Below, one piece after another: positions 18,096 to 30,469 of a stretch of 64,000 nt of DNA; position 1 is the first letter of the stretch, and every line of letters starts with the position of its first letter. The stretch lies in contig JBNKMS010000016.1 in the NCBI GenBank assembly GCA_050293315.1, positions 12 through 64,011 of the forward strand. The letters run 5' to 3'. This DNA is from Sedimenticolaceae bacterium. GTDB lineage: Bacteria > Pseudomonadota > Gammaproteobacteria > Chromatiales > Chromatiaceae. The notes below the pieces were generated by a model. That model was not told the origin of the DNA. It saw only the letters and a list, made by a program, of their open reading frames with translations, and made no database searches. Both the position numbers and the translations under genes were made by a program.

Positions 18096-18707
18096 ATGTT
18101 TACCGGCATCATCCAAGGCACCGCAGAGGTAGTGGAGATCGTAGAGAAGGAGAACTTTCGCACCCACACTATCCGCCTGCCACAGGAGCATGTTGAGGGA
18201 TTGCAGCCTGGTGCATCTGTGGCCCATAACGGCTGCTGCCTAACGGTAGTCCGCATTGAGGGAGATCTGGTCACTTTCGATCTGATGCAGGAGACCTTGC
18301 GGGTCACCAATCTGGGAGAGCTCACGGTGGGTGATCGCATCAACTTTGAACGAGCCGCCCGCTTTGGCGACGAGATAGGAGGCCACCAGATGTCCGGCCA
18401 TATTATTGCCATGGCAGAGGTAACTCAGGTAGTGGAGAGCGAGAACAACCGGCAGGTCTGGTTCCGCGTACCCCCTGAGATCAGCAAGTTCATATTCACC
18501 AAGGGGTATATCGGTATCGATGGTATTAGCCTCACCATCGGAGACGTAGAAGGTGACCAGTTCAATGTCAATCTCATACCTGAGACCCTGGAACGAACCA
18601 ATATGGGAGAGCGCAAATCGGGAGACCGAATCAATATCGAGGTCGACCCACAGACTCAGGCTATCGTAGAGACGGTGGAGCGGATATTGGCCGAGCGCGC
18701 GTTATAA
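18096..18707 (+). CDS. ribE: riboflavin synthase (alpha chain)
   Basis: 203 aa. MFTGIIQG start, an internal duplicated barrel ([13 protein letters not shown] / GIDGISLTI), and [11 protein letters not shown]. Confidence 0.85.
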   Translation: MFTGIIQGTAEVVEIVEKENFRTHTIRLPQEHVEGLQPGASVAHNGCCLTVVRIEGDLVTFDLMQETLRVTNLGELTVGDRINFERAARFGDEIGGHQMSGHIIAMAEVTQVVESENNRQVWFRVPPEISKFIFTKGYIGIDGISLTIGDVEGDQFNVNLIPETLERTNMGERKSGDRINIEVDPQTQAIVETVERILAERAL

Positions 18708-18747
18708 CCAGGCCGCAAGAGAGCAGTACAACCTCTCTCTCACTATA

Positions 18748-20925
18748 TTAATCTCCATCTCCTTCAGTTGCTACAATGGCGTCCATCTTCTCCAACAACA
18801 GTTCAAACTCATCTGCAGGCACCGGTTTGCTGAAGAGATATCCCTGATAACGATCACAATCGTGCGCATCCAGAAATTCCAACTGATCCTCAGTCTCCAC
18901 CCCTTCGGCCACCACCTGGAATCCCATACGCAGACTTACGGCCAATATAGACTCGACAATGGCTGCATCATTAGGATCAGTTGAGATGTCGCGGATAAAA
19001 GACTGATCAATCTTCAGGATATCAAGTGGCAGCTGTTTTAGATAGGCAAGAGAGGAGTAGCCTGTTCCAAAATCGTCGAGAGAGAACTGCAACCCATGCT
19101 CCTTTAGCTCTCGCATCTTTACCGCCACATCGTCAACATCCAGTACCAATAGGTTCTCTGTCAGCTCAAGACAGAGCTTCGATGGATCGACTTTAGAATT
19201 TACTACAGTATCCATAAGCTCTGGTACAAAGCTGGACTGCTGAAATTGGTGGGGGCTGATATTGATAGAGACCTGCCCATAATCAAGATCCGGCCTCCTG
19301 CAGTCCCACTCTCGCATCTGACGACACACCTCAGATGCCACCCAGTCACCCAGCTCCAGTATCAGTCCTGTCTCTTCAGCCACCCTGATAAATGCGGCAG
19401 GATATACAAGTCCATGCTGCGGATGCTGCCAACGCAATAGCGCCTCAGCACCTACAATCCTTCCCGGTTGCTCAATATCGACTATCGGCTGATAGTAGAT
19501 CAGAAACTCGTTCTGCTCCAAACCACGACGCAGTGAGTGTTCAATCTCGAGCTTCTCTTCGGCAGCGTGCTGCATACTGGGCGAGAAGAAGTGATAGCAG
19601 TTACCTCCCGCATCTTTAGCACGATACATGGCAATATCGGCCTGCTGCAGCACCTCATTGGAATCGTTTGTCTCCATGGAAAACATGGCAATCCCTATAC
19701 TCGACGATGCATACAGCTCCCGATGCCCAACCTTATGTGGCCGCGACAGTGCCTGCAGAATCTTATCTGCAACACTCTGTACCTCATTCACAACCTCTTC
19801 GGTATCGGCTGAATCCAACTCCGCCAGCAGGATTACAAACTCATCCCCACCCAATCTTGCAACGGTATCCTCCTGCCTCAGTATGCTCTTAAGACGTCGA
19901 CCCACCTCTCGTAACAGTTGATCACCTATTGCGTGCCCCAGAGAGTCGTTAATACTCTTAAACCTGTCCAGATCCAGAAACAGTACCGCACCATTATGGT
20001 TATGGCGCTTTGCCGTCACTAGCCGCTGATTTAGTCGGTCCGAGAATAGCGCCCTATTGGGCAGTCCGGTCAATACATCGTGTAGCGCGGAGAAGCGCAT
20101 CTTGTGCTCCTGTTGCCGCAACAGGCGGAAACTTATCAGCAGCCCCAGAATCCCGCTAAGCCAGAACAGTAGATGCCACGCCCCCAGCTGAAACAGCTGT
20201 TTCTCAGAATCAGCCAACAGTGGTGACAACGGTACAGATACACTTATGCCGCCCAATATATCTCCGGTTTTGTACCCTTGATGGCCATGACACTCTATAC
20301 ATGGAGGTTCAGCTATACGTGGCCGCATCATCCGAAAAACCTCTTCCCCACCCTCTATGGATATACCTGTCCATTCAGCGATACCCTGTTTCATCCTCGC
20401 CAGCGCCAACCGCTCCCATTCATCTGGGGCATTTGCAGGCCGTAGCGGTCTCATACTTGTCACATGGCCGTGGATGCCGCCAGGAGCGATTGTAGCCTCC
20501 CTATCATGCACCAAACGGGTAAAATAGGATGAGTTGACCAGGGTAAGCATGCGTCCACTCTTAGTTGTGACATCTCGGTGGGGAATATGAGACAGGTATG
20601 GGTTTGGCTCTATACCACGATCGACTGGAATATAGATTCCACCAACACCGGAAACCAAGGCACGGTAAGTCATATCCTTATCAATGGCGGCACTCGCCTG
20701 TAACCGTGCCTGGCTAATTGCATCATCACGGACACGAGCAACATTCCAGTAAGTTGATGCCAGAAACGACAGCGTCCAGACCACACCAAGAAGAACAACC
20801 CAGTGGAGTAGGTGAGACCTGCTGAATACCCCCTCCGCAGATAGAGAGTTATTCAGGTGCTGAGCGTTACTGTCATTTCTATTGCGCATAGTTGTGGCCC
20901 GGATACAGCCGCCTTGCAACCTCAC
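18748..20925 (-). CDS. periplasmic CxxCH (DUF3365-like) sensor fused to GGDEF and EAL domains
   Basis: 725 aa. The N-terminal sensor has PPCIECHGHQGYKTGDILGGISVSV between two TM segments. GGDEF is intact with an I-site (RQEDTVARLGGDEF). EAL is intact (GAEALLRW, DDFGTGYSSL, EGVETE). The start may be GTG 20925 or ATG 20889. Confidence 0.8.
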   Translation of the reverse strand: MRLQGGCIRATTMRNRNDSNAQHLNNSLSAEGVFSRSHLLHWVVLLGVVWTLSFLASTYWNVARVRDDAISQARLQASAAIDKDMTYRALVSGVGGIYIPVDRGIEPNPYLSHIPHRDVTTKSGRMLTLVNSSYFTRLVHDREATIAPGGIHGHVTSMRPLRPANAPDEWERLALARMKQGIAEWTGISIEGGEEVFRMMRPRIAEPPCIECHGHQGYKTGDILGGISVSVPLSPLLADSEKQLFQLGAWHLLFWLSGILGLLISFRLLRQQEHKMRFSALHDVLTGLPNRALFSDRLNQRLVTAKRHNHNGAVLFLDLDRFKSINDSLGHAIGDQLLREVGRRLKSILRQEDTVARLGGDEFVILLAELDSADTEEVVNEVQSVADKILQALSRPHKVGHRELYASSSIGIAMFSMETNDSNEVLQQADIAMYRAKDAGGNCYHFFSPSMQHAAEEKLEIEHSLRRGLEQNEFLIYYQPIVDIEQPGRIVGAEALLRWQHPQHGLVYPAAFIRVAEETGLILELGDWVASEVCRQMREWDCRRPDLDYGQVSINISPHQFQQSSFVPELMDTVVNSKVDPSKLCLELTENLLVLDVDDVAVKMRELKEHGLQFSLDDFGTGYSSLAYLKQLPLDILKIDQSFIRDISTDPNDAAIVESILAVSLRMGFQVVAEGVETEDQLEFLDAHDCDRYQGYLFSKPVPADEFELLLEKMDAIVATEGDGD

Positions 20926-21051
20926 TATAAACAGCGAGCCTGAGATTGTTCGCCTATCTACTCCTCACTTTTCACTGATGCGCTCAACCATGTCGATGCA
21001 ACTACATCACCAGACAGACTCTAGAAGTGACCAACTCCAAACAGATAGATG

Positions 21052-24000
21052 TTAATCCACCCACTGTCTGGCATTCTGAAACAGCCGCAACCAGGGCGCT
21101 CTTGCACCCCAATCATCAGGGTGCCATGAATTCTGTACGGTGCGAACCACCCGTTCTGGATGCGGCATCATGATAGTGACCCGCCCATCCTCGCTCGTAA
21201 GCCCTGCTATCCCCTGTGGTGAACCGTTGGGGTTAGCAGGATAGCGTTGGGCGACTTCCCCACTGTTCTCTACATAGAATAGTCCCACCTGCCCGGTAAC
21301 GCTAGCCAAGTGCTCTACGTCTCTGAACTCGGCACGCCCCTCGCCATGGGCAACGGCTATAGGCAGACGCGAACCCTCCATCCCGCGTAGCAGGATAGAG
21401 GGAGACTCCCCGATCGCAACGCTGACGAACCGAGCCTCAAACTGCTCAGAGCGATTACGCACAAAGCGGGGCCACTGGTCAGCCCCAGGTATCAATTCAT
21501 GCAGGTTTGATAGCATCTGACAGCCGTTGCATACGCCAAGAGTAAAGCTGTCCTCGCGTTCAAAGAAGGCGGCAAACTGCTCTCTGGCAAGCGGATTGAA
21601 CAGGATGGACTTGGCCCAACCCTCCCCTGCACCTAGTACATCTCCATAGGAGAATCCACCACATGCCGCTAATCCCTTGAACCCTGCCAAGGACATCCGC
21701 CCCTCAATGATATCTGACATGTGGACATCCACACATTCGAATCCCGCCTGGTGGAAGGCATTGGCCATCTCTATCTGGCCATTAACACCCTGCTCCCGCA
21801 GGATCGCCATGGGTGGCCGTACGCCACTATTGATCATGGGTGCGGCGATATCCTCATCTGGATCGAAGGTCAACAGCGGGCTGATCCCAGGATCGTTCTC
21901 TGCGATACGGGCAAACTCCTCCTCGGCACAATCTGGATTATCCCGCAGGGCCTGCATCTCCCTAGTGGTCTCAGACCACGCCTGCTGCAACTCTATCCGG
22001 GTGAGCGACAGTAGCTCGCGGTACCCGCGGCTTATCTCAATCCGGTCTGACTCCTCATCCACTACACCGATGACATGACAATGCTCACCCAGCTCCGCAT
22101 CGTCCAGCAGTTTAAGGACATCATCCGTGTCTCTGTGACTCACCTGAATCACAGCACCCAGCTCTTCACTAAACAGCAGCGCCAGATCGTCTCCGTCCAG
22201 CTCTTCGAGCTGCAGGGTGACCCCGGTGCGTCCAGCAAAGGCCATCTCACAGATGGTGGCAAATAGCCCGCCATCGGAGCGATCGTGGTACGCCAACAGC
22301 AGCCCTTCACTGTTCAGCTCCTGAATAACCTCAAAGAAACGTCGCACCATATCAGGATCATCCAGATCCGGCCCACTCTCTCCGATCTGCTTGTAGACCT
22401 GGGCCAACGCCGAGGCCGCAAGACGGCCCTTCCCCTGCCCCAGATCTATCAAGATAAGGTCGCTGTCACCGCAATCTGTACGCAATTGTGGGGTCAGGGT
22501 GCGGCGCACATCAGCCACCGGGGCAAACCCGGATATGATAAGTGAAAGGGGTGCGGCCATTACCTGCTCGACACCATCTTGCTGCCATACGGTGCGCATA
22601 CTCATGGAGTCCTTACCGACCGGTATGGCGATACCAAGTGCCGGGCAGAGCTCCATCCCGACCGCTTTCACAGTCGCGTAGAGCCGAGCATCCTCACCCG
22701 GATGTCCGGCCGGCGCCATCCAGTTGGCAGACAGTTTAATCTGACCGATACCATCTATAGCGGCAGCAGCCAGATTGGTAATCACCTCGCCGATGGCCAT
22801 ACGGCCGGACGCGGGGGCATCAACCAGGGCCAACGGTGTGCGTTCTCCCACTGCCATCGCCTCACCACTGTAGCCGCGGTAATCAGATATGGTCACCGCA
22901 ACATCGGCAACCGGCACCTGCCAGGGGCCTACCATCTGGTCCCGCGCCACCTGTCCAGTGATGGAGCGATCGCCGATAGAGATAAGAAAGGTCTTATTGG
23001 CCACGGTCGGCAGTCGTAACACCCTTAGCGCGGCCTCCTCCAACTCTATCCCCTGCAGCTCCAACCCCGGCTGTTGGAAGGGCAGACTCGCCACCTCCCG
23101 CAGCATCTGTGGCGGCTTGCCAAATAGCAGTGACATTGGGATATCGATAGGGCTATTGCCGAAATGGGCATCATCAAGTACAAGCTGCTGCTGTTCACTG
23201 GCCTCCCCCACTACGGCATAGGGGCAGCGCTCGCGCTCACAGATCTGCTTGAACTCATCCAGCCTTTCGGCTGCAACAGCTATGACATAACGCTCCTGCG
23301 CCTCATTGCACCATATCTCACGGGGCGACATTCCGGGCTCATCATTCGGGACCCGGCGCAGCTCAAAGCTGCCACCCATGTTGCCATCATGCACCAATTC
23401 CGGCAGGGCGTTAGAGAGACCACCGGCGCCAACATCGTGGATGAACAGAATGGGGTTACCCTCACCCCGCTCCCAACAGCGATCGATCACCTCCTGACAG
23501 CGCCGCTCCATCTCCGGGTTGGAGCGCTGCACCGAGGCGAAATCCAGATCTTCGGCCGAGGTGCCGCTGGCCATGGATGAGGCGGCGCCACCACCAAGCC
23601 CAATCAGCATGGCGGGCCCGCCCAGAACGATCAGCGGTGTACCTGGAGGAAATTCGCTCTTGCTGACATGCTCTGCACGGATGTTCCCAAGCCCGCCGAC
23701 CAGCATGATCGGCTTATGATAGCCCCGCAGCTCTTGGCCATCCGCCCCAGGTATCAACTCCTCATAGGTGCGAAAGTAGCCACAGAGATTAGGACGACCA
23801 AACTCATTATTAAATGCGGCCCCACCGATCGGTCCCTCCAGCATGATATCCAGGGCCGAAACGATCCGTTCCGGTTTTCCATTGTCACTCTCCCACGGCT
23901 GTAGTGCACCTGGGATACGTAGATTGGAGACAGAGAAACCGGTCAGGCCGGCCTTGGGCTTGCCTCCACGGCCGGTGGCGCCCTCATCTCTTATCTCACC

Positions 24001-24939
24001 ACCAGAGCCTGTTGCCGCTCCCGGATCAGGCGAAATAGCGGTTGGGTGATTATGGGTCTCCACCTTCATCAAGATATGGATATCTTCACTCCGGTAGCCG
24101 TAAGCGTGGCCTGTAGGGTCCGGCCAGAAACGCTCCCCGCTATGGCCCACCATCACCGCAGCATTATCGCTATAGGCGGAGAGAATGCCCTGGGGTGAGC
24201 TCTCGGTGGTATTACGGATCATCTGAAACAGGGAGCGCTCCTGCCGCTCTCCATCAATTGTCCATTCGGCATTAAATATCTTATGGCGGCAGTGCTCGGA
24301 GTTGGCCTGGGCGAACATCATCAACTCCACATCTGTGGGATTGCGCTGCAGATCTTGAAAACTCTCCACCAAGTAGTCAATCTCATCTGCCGACAGCGCC
24401 AACCCCAAATCACTATTGGCCTGCTCCAGGGCCGCATGGCCACCAGCCAGCAAATCAACACTAGTGAACGGCTGCGGGGTACTGTGGGCAAACAGGGCGG
24501 ATGCCTCCTCTGCCTGCAGGAATACCGCCTCTGTCATCCGGTCATGCAGCAGTGCTGCGGCCGTCTGCAGTGCGTCTGTATCCAGAGGCGTGACCGTCTG
24601 CAGGTAGTACGCAACCCCACGCTCCAGCCGCTCCAGCCTGCTAAGACCACAATGGTGGGCGATATCTGTGGCCTTACTCGACCAGGGGGAGATAGTTCCT
24701 GGGCGTGGCACCACTAAAAGCATGGTCCCTGTAGGTTCGTGTCCGGGCAGACTGGGACCATAGCGCAGCAACGACTCCAGCACCTCCCTCTCATCCTCGC
24801 TAAGGGACTGCCCCAATACAGCAAAGTGCATAAACTCGGCATATAGCTCAACCGCCAAACCCAGCTTGTCACTGAGGAGCCGAGAGAGCTTATCGAGACG
24901 AAATTCAGAGAGTGCCGGGGCACCGCGAAGAGTCAGCAT
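21052..24939 (-). CDS. purL: phosphoribosylformylglycinamidine synthase (large single-chain)
   Basis: 1295 aa. [14 protein letters not shown] start, an FGAM synthase core, and a C-terminal glutaminase domain (GVCNGCQM). Confidence 0.95.
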   Translation of the reverse strand: MLTLRGAPALSEFRLDKLSRLLSDKLGLAVELYAEFMHFAVLGQSLSEDEREVLESLLRYGPSLPGHEPTGTMLLVVPRPGTISPWSSKATDIAHHCGLSRLERLERGVAYYLQTVTPLDTDALQTAAALLHDRMTEAVFLQAEEASALFAHSTPQPFTSVDLLAGGHAALEQANSDLGLALSADEIDYLVESFQDLQRNPTDVELMMFAQANSEHCRHKIFNAEWTIDGERQERSLFQMIRNTTESSPQGILSAYSDNAAVMVGHSGERFWPDPTGHAYGYRSEDIHILMKVETHNHPTAISPDPGAATGSGGEIRDEGATGRGGKPKAGLTGFSVSNLRIPGALQPWESDNGKPERIVSALDIMLEGPIGGAAFNNEFGRPNLCGYFRTYEELIPGADGQELRGYHKPIMLVGGLGNIRAEHVSKSEFPPGTPLIVLGGPAMLIGLGGGAASSMASGTSAEDLDFASVQRSNPEMERRCQEVIDRCWERGEGNPILFIHDVGAGGLSNALPELVHDGNMGGSFELRRVPNDEPGMSPREIWCNEAQERYVIAVAAERLDEFKQICERERCPYAVVGEASEQQQLVLDDAHFGNSPIDIPMSLLFGKPPQMLREVASLPFQQPGLELQGIELEEAALRVLRLPTVANKTFLISIGDRSITGQVARDQMVGPWQVPVADVAVTISDYRGYSGEAMAVGERTPLALVDAPASGRMAIGEVITNLAAAAIDGIGQIKLSANWMAPAGHPGEDARLYATVKAVGMELCPALGIAIPVGKDSMSMRTVWQQDGVEQVMAAPLSLIISGFAPVADVRRTLTPQLRTDCGDSDLILIDLGQGKGRLAASALAQVYKQIGESGPDLDDPDMVRRFFEVIQELNSEGLLLAYHDRSDGGLFATICEMAFAGRTGVTLQLEELDGDDLALLFSEELGAVIQVSHRDTDDVLKLLDDAELGEHCHVIGVVDEESDRIEISRGYRELLSLTRIELQQAWSETTREMQALRDNPDCAEEEFARIAENDPGISPLLTFDPDEDIAAPMINSGVRPPMAILREQGVNGQIEMANAFHQAGFECVDVHMSDIIEGRMSLAGFKGLAACGGFSYGDVLGAGEGWAKSILFNPLAREQFAAFFEREDSFTLGVCNGCQMLSNLHELIPGADQWPRFVRNRSEQFEARFVSVAIGESPSILLRGMEGSRLPIAVAHGEGRAEFRDVEHLASVTGQVGLFYVENSGEVAQRYPANPNGSPQGIAGLTSEDGRVTIMMPHPERVVRTVQNSWHPDDWGARAPWLRLFQNARQWVD

Positions 24940-24995
24940 TATGTTCTCTAATCCGAAGAGGTGAAACCTGAAAGTTGATGATACTCCATGCGGCC

Positions 24996-25763
24996 CTATA
25001 CAGTAACCTCAAACCAGCCGCTAACCACATCTTGCAGCGCGAATGAGAGCCGATCCTCCAGTGCCGGAGCAACTGTCAACAGACTCTCCCGCACCAGCTC
25101 AGGAGTATTGTTCTGCTCGCTCAGATGGGCAGCGACCAGGTGCTGCAGACGCCCATGATCCAACTTAGCGATAAAATCTGCCGCCTGCCTGTTACTCAGA
25201 TGTCCCAGTTCACCACCAACCCTTGACTGCAACTGTAGTGGATAGGGACCGTTGATCAACATATCACTATCGTGATTACACTCCAGTAGAATCGCACTAC
25301 AGGAGCGCATCAAGCTTAGTATATGCGGGGTCCAGCAACCGGCATCTGTCAACATCCCGAGTGAATGGGTGGCATGCAGAAAGATAAACTGAGTCGGCTC
25401 CCGCGCATCATGTGGTATCGGGAACGGGATTACCTCAATCGCACCAATCTGGAAACTGCCGCTGTGCGAGCTGAACAGATGCAACTGCGGCAACTCGCCA
25501 CAGCGCTGACACTGGTTGGTTCCATGGGTCATCCACACCGGCAGTTGGTAACGCCGGGCCAAGGCACCTACCCCACGAATGTGATCCTGATGCTCATGGG
25601 TCACCAGGATGGCGTCCAGGCTGGACGCCTCAACCCCCAACAGGGTGAGACGTCTCTCTATCTCGCGTGCGGCAAACCCGCTATCCAGCAATACTTTTGT
25701 ACCGCCAGCCTCTATCAGCGTGGCGTTTCCCCGGCTGCCACTACCTAGAGAGGCAAAGCGCAT
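24996..25763 (-). CDS. MBL-fold metallo-hydrolase
   Basis: 255 aa with the HEHQDHIRG metallo-beta-lactamase motif. It directly abuts the bamC stop. Confidence 0.75.
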   Translation of the reverse strand: MRFASLGSGSRGNATLIEAGGTKVLLDSGFAAREIERRLTLLGVEASSLDAILVTHEHQDHIRGVGALARRYQLPVWMTHGTNQCQRCGELPQLHLFSSHSGSFQIGAIEVIPFPIPHDAREPTQFIFLHATHSLGMLTDAGCWTPHILSLMRSCSAILLECNHDSDMLINGPYPLQLQSRVGGELGHLSNRQAADFIAKLDHGRLQHLVAAHLSEQNNTPELVRESLLTVAPALEDRLSFALQDVVSGWFEVTV

Positions 25764-26942
25764 CTACCTCAACTGCTCATGCAGCAGAGTCAGGATACGA
25801 ACCGCCGTATCAGAATTCTCACGCGCCCCCTGTTCGTTCAATACAATAATAGTGGTCTTCTCATCAGTGCTGTCTGGCTGCAGGCTCACCTGATAACGAT
25901 GCTCCTTGTCTATCTTGGCTTCACTCTTCCAGAAGGCCAGCTTTGATAGCAGACCGCGCTTCTTCTCTTGATCGCGCATTGGGTCGTTGTAGCGCACTAC
26001 GTAGATCCCCTTGTCCTTATCTCTATCCTCGACCGCAAAGCCGACTCTATCCAGTGCCACACCGGTCAGACGCCACGCCCTGTCTAAAGAGTCTCTGAGC
26101 TCTAGCGATACCTGGTCACGCCCCTTAATAAGCTGTGAGCGAGTGCGAGTGGCGGTGTCCCTCTTCGCCAATGCCCTGCTAGCTCTCTGATCAGCTACTC
26201 CCATGTATACCATCAGACGGCGCAGCATCTCCGCCTCCAGCTCGTGATCAGGCGGCCTTGGTATCCAGACGGTACGATCCGATTTGGTCCCAGTGGCACC
26301 GGTGACCACCTCCTCCTGCATACCACGGTGGGTCAGGAACAGCTCGATGGTACCCTCCTCATCTCCCCGCTCCAGACGTACCCTGTACTGGTCACGGGTC
26401 GCAGCACTATAGGCGGAATCAAACAGCTTACGCACGGCATCGGTAATGAAATCGCTCTTGATATCAGCCCGATTCTCTATCCAGTCGGTCACCATAACCC
26501 CGACTGCAGGATCCTGCTCCGTCAACAATATCCCGTGTTCTTGCCAGAAACCTATGGTCTTAAACCAGATATCGTCCGGCGCGGCGTGTATCACTAGCCA
26601 GCGCTTATCCCCGCTATGCCTGGCCTCTATATTATCAATCTGTACCAGCACATTGCCTGAACCGGCCTGGCTGGCACCACTGCCGGCAGTGTTACGGTTC
26701 AGAAAACCAGAATAGGTTGCATAACCGGAACCGCTGGCACCAGGCATTGAGTAGCTGTCACGAATAGTGCTGGAACTCAGGTCTGGTGGAATCTCAAGAC
26801 TGTTCTCTGCCTGCTTCGCCTTCTTGTACTCTACCTTACGGTCTGGAAGTACTTTCTCAACGGCAGAAGATACAGTACTACACCCTACAACCCCTATTAC
26901 CGTTACCCCAAAGATGAACAACCTATATAGTTTTAATATCAT
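25764..26942 (-). CDS. bamC: outer-membrane protein assembly factor BamC (lipoprotein)
   Basis: 392 aa with lipobox VVGC. It sits immediately downstream of dapA, as in the conserved dapA-nlpB/bamC operon. Confidence 0.7.
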   Translation of the reverse strand: MILKLYRLFIFGVTVIGVVGCSTVSSAVEKVLPDRKVEYKKAKQAENSLEIPPDLSSSTIRDSYSMPGASGSGYATYSGFLNRNTAGSGASQAGSGNVLVQIDNIEARHSGDKRWLVIHAAPDDIWFKTIGFWQEHGILLTEQDPAVGVMVTDWIENRADIKSDFITDAVRKLFDSAYSAATRDQYRVRLERGDEEGTIELFLTHRGMQEEVVTGATGTKSDRTVWIPRPPDHELEAEMLRRLMVYMGVADQRASRALAKRDTATRTRSQLIKGRDQVSLELRDSLDRAWRLTGVALDRVGFAVEDRDKDKGIYVVRYNDPMRDQEKKRGLLSKLAFWKSEAKIDKEHRYQVSLQPDSTDEKTTIIVLNEQGARENSDTAVRILTLLHEQLR

Positions 26943-27032
26943 TTTATGAAGAACCTGTTGATTACCGTAACCTGCGCAAACGCACAGCCGTCATGGAGCT
27001 CCGACTAAGTCATAGGCCCCTTGTATATAGCC

Positions 27033-27908
27033 CTATATGATACCAGCGAGGTGCATAGAGTTCCGCACCGCAGCGTGATACTTCTCATCCAATCTGGTCA
27101 GAGGCAGACGGATACCGCTTGCGATACGCCCCATCTCAGCCAGAGCCCACTTTACCGGGATAGGATTAGCCTCAAGAAATAGATCGCGATGAAGTCCAGC
27201 CAACCTCTGGTCAATCTCTGCGGCGACCCCGCTCTCTCCCGCCAACGCTGCTGCACACATATGAGACATCTGTGCGGGAGCAAGATTGGCGGTTACCGAA
27301 ATAACCCCATCCCCTCCAGCAAGAATAAACTCTCGCGAGGTCGCATCATCGCCGCTAATGATAACAAAATTCTCACCACAACCGGTACGAATCTCAGCCA
27401 CCCGCTGCAGCTCGCCGGTTGCCTCCTTAATCCCCACAATATTCTCTATCTGCGCCAGACGGGCAACCGTCTCTGGCAGCATATCGCAGGCGGTGCGCCC
27501 CGGGACATTATACAGAAGCTGCGGTATAGCAACCGCCTCCGCCACCGCCTTGTGGTGAAGATAGAGTCCCTCCTGGGTGGGCCTGTTGTAATATGGGGTG
27601 ACCAGCAGGCAGGCGTCCGCACCAGCCTCCACAGCGCAGCGGGTAAGGTCGACCGCCTCGGTAGTAGAGTTGGCGCCGGTACCGGCGATCACCGGGATGC
27701 GCCCATCGGCGTACTCAACCACCAGCCTTATTACCTGACAGTGCTCAGCATGATCCAGGGTGGCTGATTCACCGGTAGTACCAACCGCTACTATTGCGGC
27801 AGTGCCCTGCTCTATATGCCACTCCACCAGGGCGCGCAGCGAATCTGTATCCAGCCCCCCATCCTCATGCATGGGCGTTACCAGGGCCACCATACTACCT
27901 TGAAACAT
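27033..27908 (-). CDS. dapA: 4-hydroxy-tetrahydrodipicolinate synthase
   Basis: 291 aa. GSMVALVTPM...VGTTGES...YNVPGRT are typical DapA motifs. Confidence 0.92.
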   Translation of the reverse strand: MFQGSMVALVTPMHEDGGLDTDSLRALVEWHIEQGTAAIVAVGTTGESATLDHAEHCQVIRLVVEYADGRIPVIAGTGANSTTEAVDLTRCAVEAGADACLLVTPYYNRPTQEGLYLHHKAVAEAVAIPQLLYNVPGRTACDMLPETVARLAQIENIVGIKEATGELQRVAEIRTGCGENFVIISGDDATSREFILAGGDGVISVTANLAPAQMSHMCAAALAGESGVAAEIDQRLAGLHRDLFLEANPIPVKWALAEMGRIASGIRLPLTRLDEKYHAAVRNSMHLAGII

Positions 27909-28070
27909 TTAAAGCCCCTAAGAACCGAACCGAGTCGGGCATTCTAAACCGCCGCTCCCGCGGCTGACAAGCGAATTGAGTGGAAACATCTGCCGCTACT
28001 GGGGGGAGACAGGAGGGGCATGACGGCGCTATATTAACAGTTACCAACTAAGCCACCAGTAACAGATAAT

Positions 28071-28610
28071 ATGCCATCGAAAAAGAACTTCCTGGTCATT
28101 TCAGCAATTGGCAGTGACCGCCCGGGGATTGTCAACGAGCTCTCCCAGGCGGTGTTGGATCATGACTGCAATATAAGCGATAGCCGGATGACAGTACTGG
28201 GTGGTGAATTTGCCATCCTGCTTATGGTAGAGGGCAACTGGAATACCCTGGCCAAGCTCGAAGAAGGACTGCCCAGCCTGGGGAACAGCCTAGGCCTTAC
28301 CATCATCAGCCAACGCACCGAGGAGAGGGCAACTACCAGTGGCCTATTGCCATACGCAGTAGAGGTAGTCTCTATGGATCATCCCGGGATTGTGCACAGC
28401 CTGGCTGGATTCTTCTCCCAGCGGGATATAAACATTGAGGACATGGTCACCAGTACCTACGCCGCCGCCCATACTGGCACCACCATGTTTTCGGTAAATA
28501 TGAGCGTTGGCATTCCTGCCGACGTCCACATCGCCTCTCTGCGGGAGGAGTTTATAGAGTTCTGTGACTCCCTCAACCTGGACGCCGTGCTGGAGCCGAT
28601 TAAGGGTTAG
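28071..28610 (+). CDS. gcvR: glycine cleavage system transcriptional repressor (tandem ACT domains)
   Basis: 179 aa. It has two ACT-like repeats ([18 protein letters not shown], and [16 protein letters not shown]) and is divergent from dapA, as in enterobacterial synteny. Confidence 0.75.
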   Translation: MPSKKNFLVISAIGSDRPGIVNELSQAVLDHDCNISDSRMTVLGGEFAILLMVEGNWNTLAKLEEGLPSLGNSLGLTIISQRTEERATTSGLLPYAVEVVSMDHPGIVHSLAGFFSQRDINIEDMVTSTYAAAHTGTTMFSVNMSVGIPADVHIASLREEFIEFCDSLNLDAVLEPIKG

Positions 28611-30411
28611 AGTTTGGATTAGGGCTAGCCTGCTCCTCGGTCTGCGGTCTGCGCACCCTGATTGAGAGCTCTCGCAGCTGGGCGGTACTCACCTCTGCCG
28701 GGGCCGAGGTAAGCAGACAGGCGGCCGATTGGGTCTTGGGAAAGGCCATAACATCACGAATAGAACCAGCCCCTACCAGCAGCATCACCAACCGGTCCAG
28801 GCCAAAGGCGATACCACCGTGCGGCGGACAGCCGTGACGCAGCGCATCCAGGAGAAACCCAAATTTCTCCTCCGCCTCCTGCGGCTCGATCCCTAGAAGC
28901 TGGAATACCTTGTCCTGCACCTGCTTACGGTGGATACGGATTGAGCCGCCACCAATCTCTGTACCGTTCAATACCATGTCATATGCGCGCGACAGGGCGG
29001 CAGCCGGATCACTATCAAGCAGCCCCAGATGCTCCTCTTTACAGGCGGTAAACGGATGGTGGGGAGAGGTCCAGCGCTTGGCCTGTTCATCCCACTCGAA
29101 CATCGGGAAGTCGACCACCCAGAGCGGGTGCCAACCATCTGCCATCAGGCCACGATCCTCTCCCAACTTGACCCGCAGGGCACCTAGCGCCTCATTTACT
29201 ATCTTGGCCTTATCGGCCCCAAAGAATATCAGGTCGCCATCCTCAGCCCCGGTGCGGGATAGTATCCCCTCCACCGCCGTATCCGGCAGGAACTTGAGAA
29301 TAGGCGACTGTAGTCCTTCACGCCCCTTGGCGATCTCATTGACCTTGATATAGGCCAGCCCACGGGCACCATAGATACCCACGAACTTGGTATAGGCATC
29401 AATCTCCTTGCGGGTCAGCGTACCGCCCTGGGGCAGACAGAGCGCGGCAATCCTCCCCTGAGGATCATTCGCCGGGCCGGCAAACACCTTAAACTCCACC
29501 TCCTGCATGAGATCGGCCACATCTACCAACTCCAGCGGACAGCGCATGTCCGGGCGATCTGAGCCGAAACGCCGCATCGCCTCCTGGTAACTCATACGGG
29601 GAAATGGGCTTGGCAGCTCCGTCTCCAGTACCTCTCTGACCACCACGCGGATCATCTCCTCCATGATGCCCATGATTGAGTCCTCATCCTCAAACGAGAG
29701 CTCGACATCAAGCTGGGTGAATTCAGGCTGGCGGTCGGCACGCAGATCCTCATCCCGGAAACAGCGCACGATCTGGTAGTAACGATCCACCCCAGACATC
29801 ATCAGTAGCTGTTTGAATAGCTGTGGTGACTGCGGCAGGGCAAAAAACTCTCCCGGATGGGTGCGCGATGGCACCAGATAGTCGCGCGCGCCCTCCGGTG
29901 TAGCCTTGGTCAACATCGGGGTCTCGATATCGAGAAAACCGTGGCTATCCATATATTGGCGCAGGATGTGGGTGATCTCAGCCCTCAGTTTGATCCGGCG
30001 AAACATCTCGGGGCGCCGCAGGTCGATATAGCGATAACGCAGCCGCACCTCGTCCGAGACGGTCTCGTGTTCATCCAGCTGAAACGGCGGAGTATCCGCC
30101 CGATTCAGCACCTCCAGCTCCCGCCCCAGCACCTCGATCTCACCACTAGGCATATCAGGATTCACGCTGCCATCCGGACGCCGCCTGACCAGACCCTTGA
30201 CCCGCAGTACAAATTCATTTCGAACCTGTTCGGCTGTGGCGAAAACATCTTCCAGGTCCGGGTCATACACCACCTGTACCAGCCCTTCACGGTCTCGCAG
30301 GTCTATGAATATCACCCCTCCATGATCACGGCGACGATGCACCCAGCCGCAGAGTTCAACCTCCTGGTCGATGTTGGTGGCATTGAGCTGTCCGCAATAG
30401 TGGCTACGCAT
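28600..30411 (-). CDS. aspS: aspartate--tRNA ligase
   Basis: The canonical start is [10 protein letters not shown] at ATG 30411 (the ORF track extends 36 codons further upstream). Class II motifs [18 protein letters not shown] and [12 protein letters not shown] are present. Confidence 0.92.
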   Translation of the reverse strand: MRSHYCGQLNATNIDQEVELCGWVHRRRDHGGVIFIDLRDREGLVQVVYDPDLEDVFATAEQVRNEFVLRVKGLVRRRPDGSVNPDMPSGEIEVLGRELEVLNRADTPPFQLDEHETVSDEVRLRYRYIDLRRPEMFRRIKLRAEITHILRQYMDSHGFLDIETPMLTKATPEGARDYLVPSRTHPGEFFALPQSPQLFKQLLMMSGVDRYYQIVRCFRDEDLRADRQPEFTQLDVELSFEDEDSIMGIMEEMIRVVVREVLETELPSPFPRMSYQEAMRRFGSDRPDMRCPLELVDVADLMQEVEFKVFAGPANDPQGRIAALCLPQGGTLTRKEIDAYTKFVGIYGARGLAYIKVNEIAKGREGLQSPILKFLPDTAVEGILSRTGAEDGDLIFFGADKAKIVNEALGALRVKLGEDRGLMADGWHPLWVVDFPMFEWDEQAKRWTSPHHPFTACKEEHLGLLDSDPAAALSRAYDMVLNGTEIGGGSIRIHRKQVQDKVFQLLGIEPQEAEEKFGFLLDALRHGCPPHGGIAFGLDRLVMLLVGAGSIRDVMAFPKTQSAACLLTSAPAEVSTAQLRELSIRVRRPQTEEQASPNPNSNP

Positions 30412-30469
30412 TAAACTGACTTCCGAATATTTGGTTACACCGCTTATCTGGCGGTAAAGAGCGGGAATG

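Noticed and set aside
27909-28070. A possible lysine riboswitch or other leader upstream of dapA.
   Set aside because: I could not find the conserved helices or motifs of a LYS element by eye. The gap also serves the divergent gcvR promoter. An Infernal scan would be needed to reopen this.
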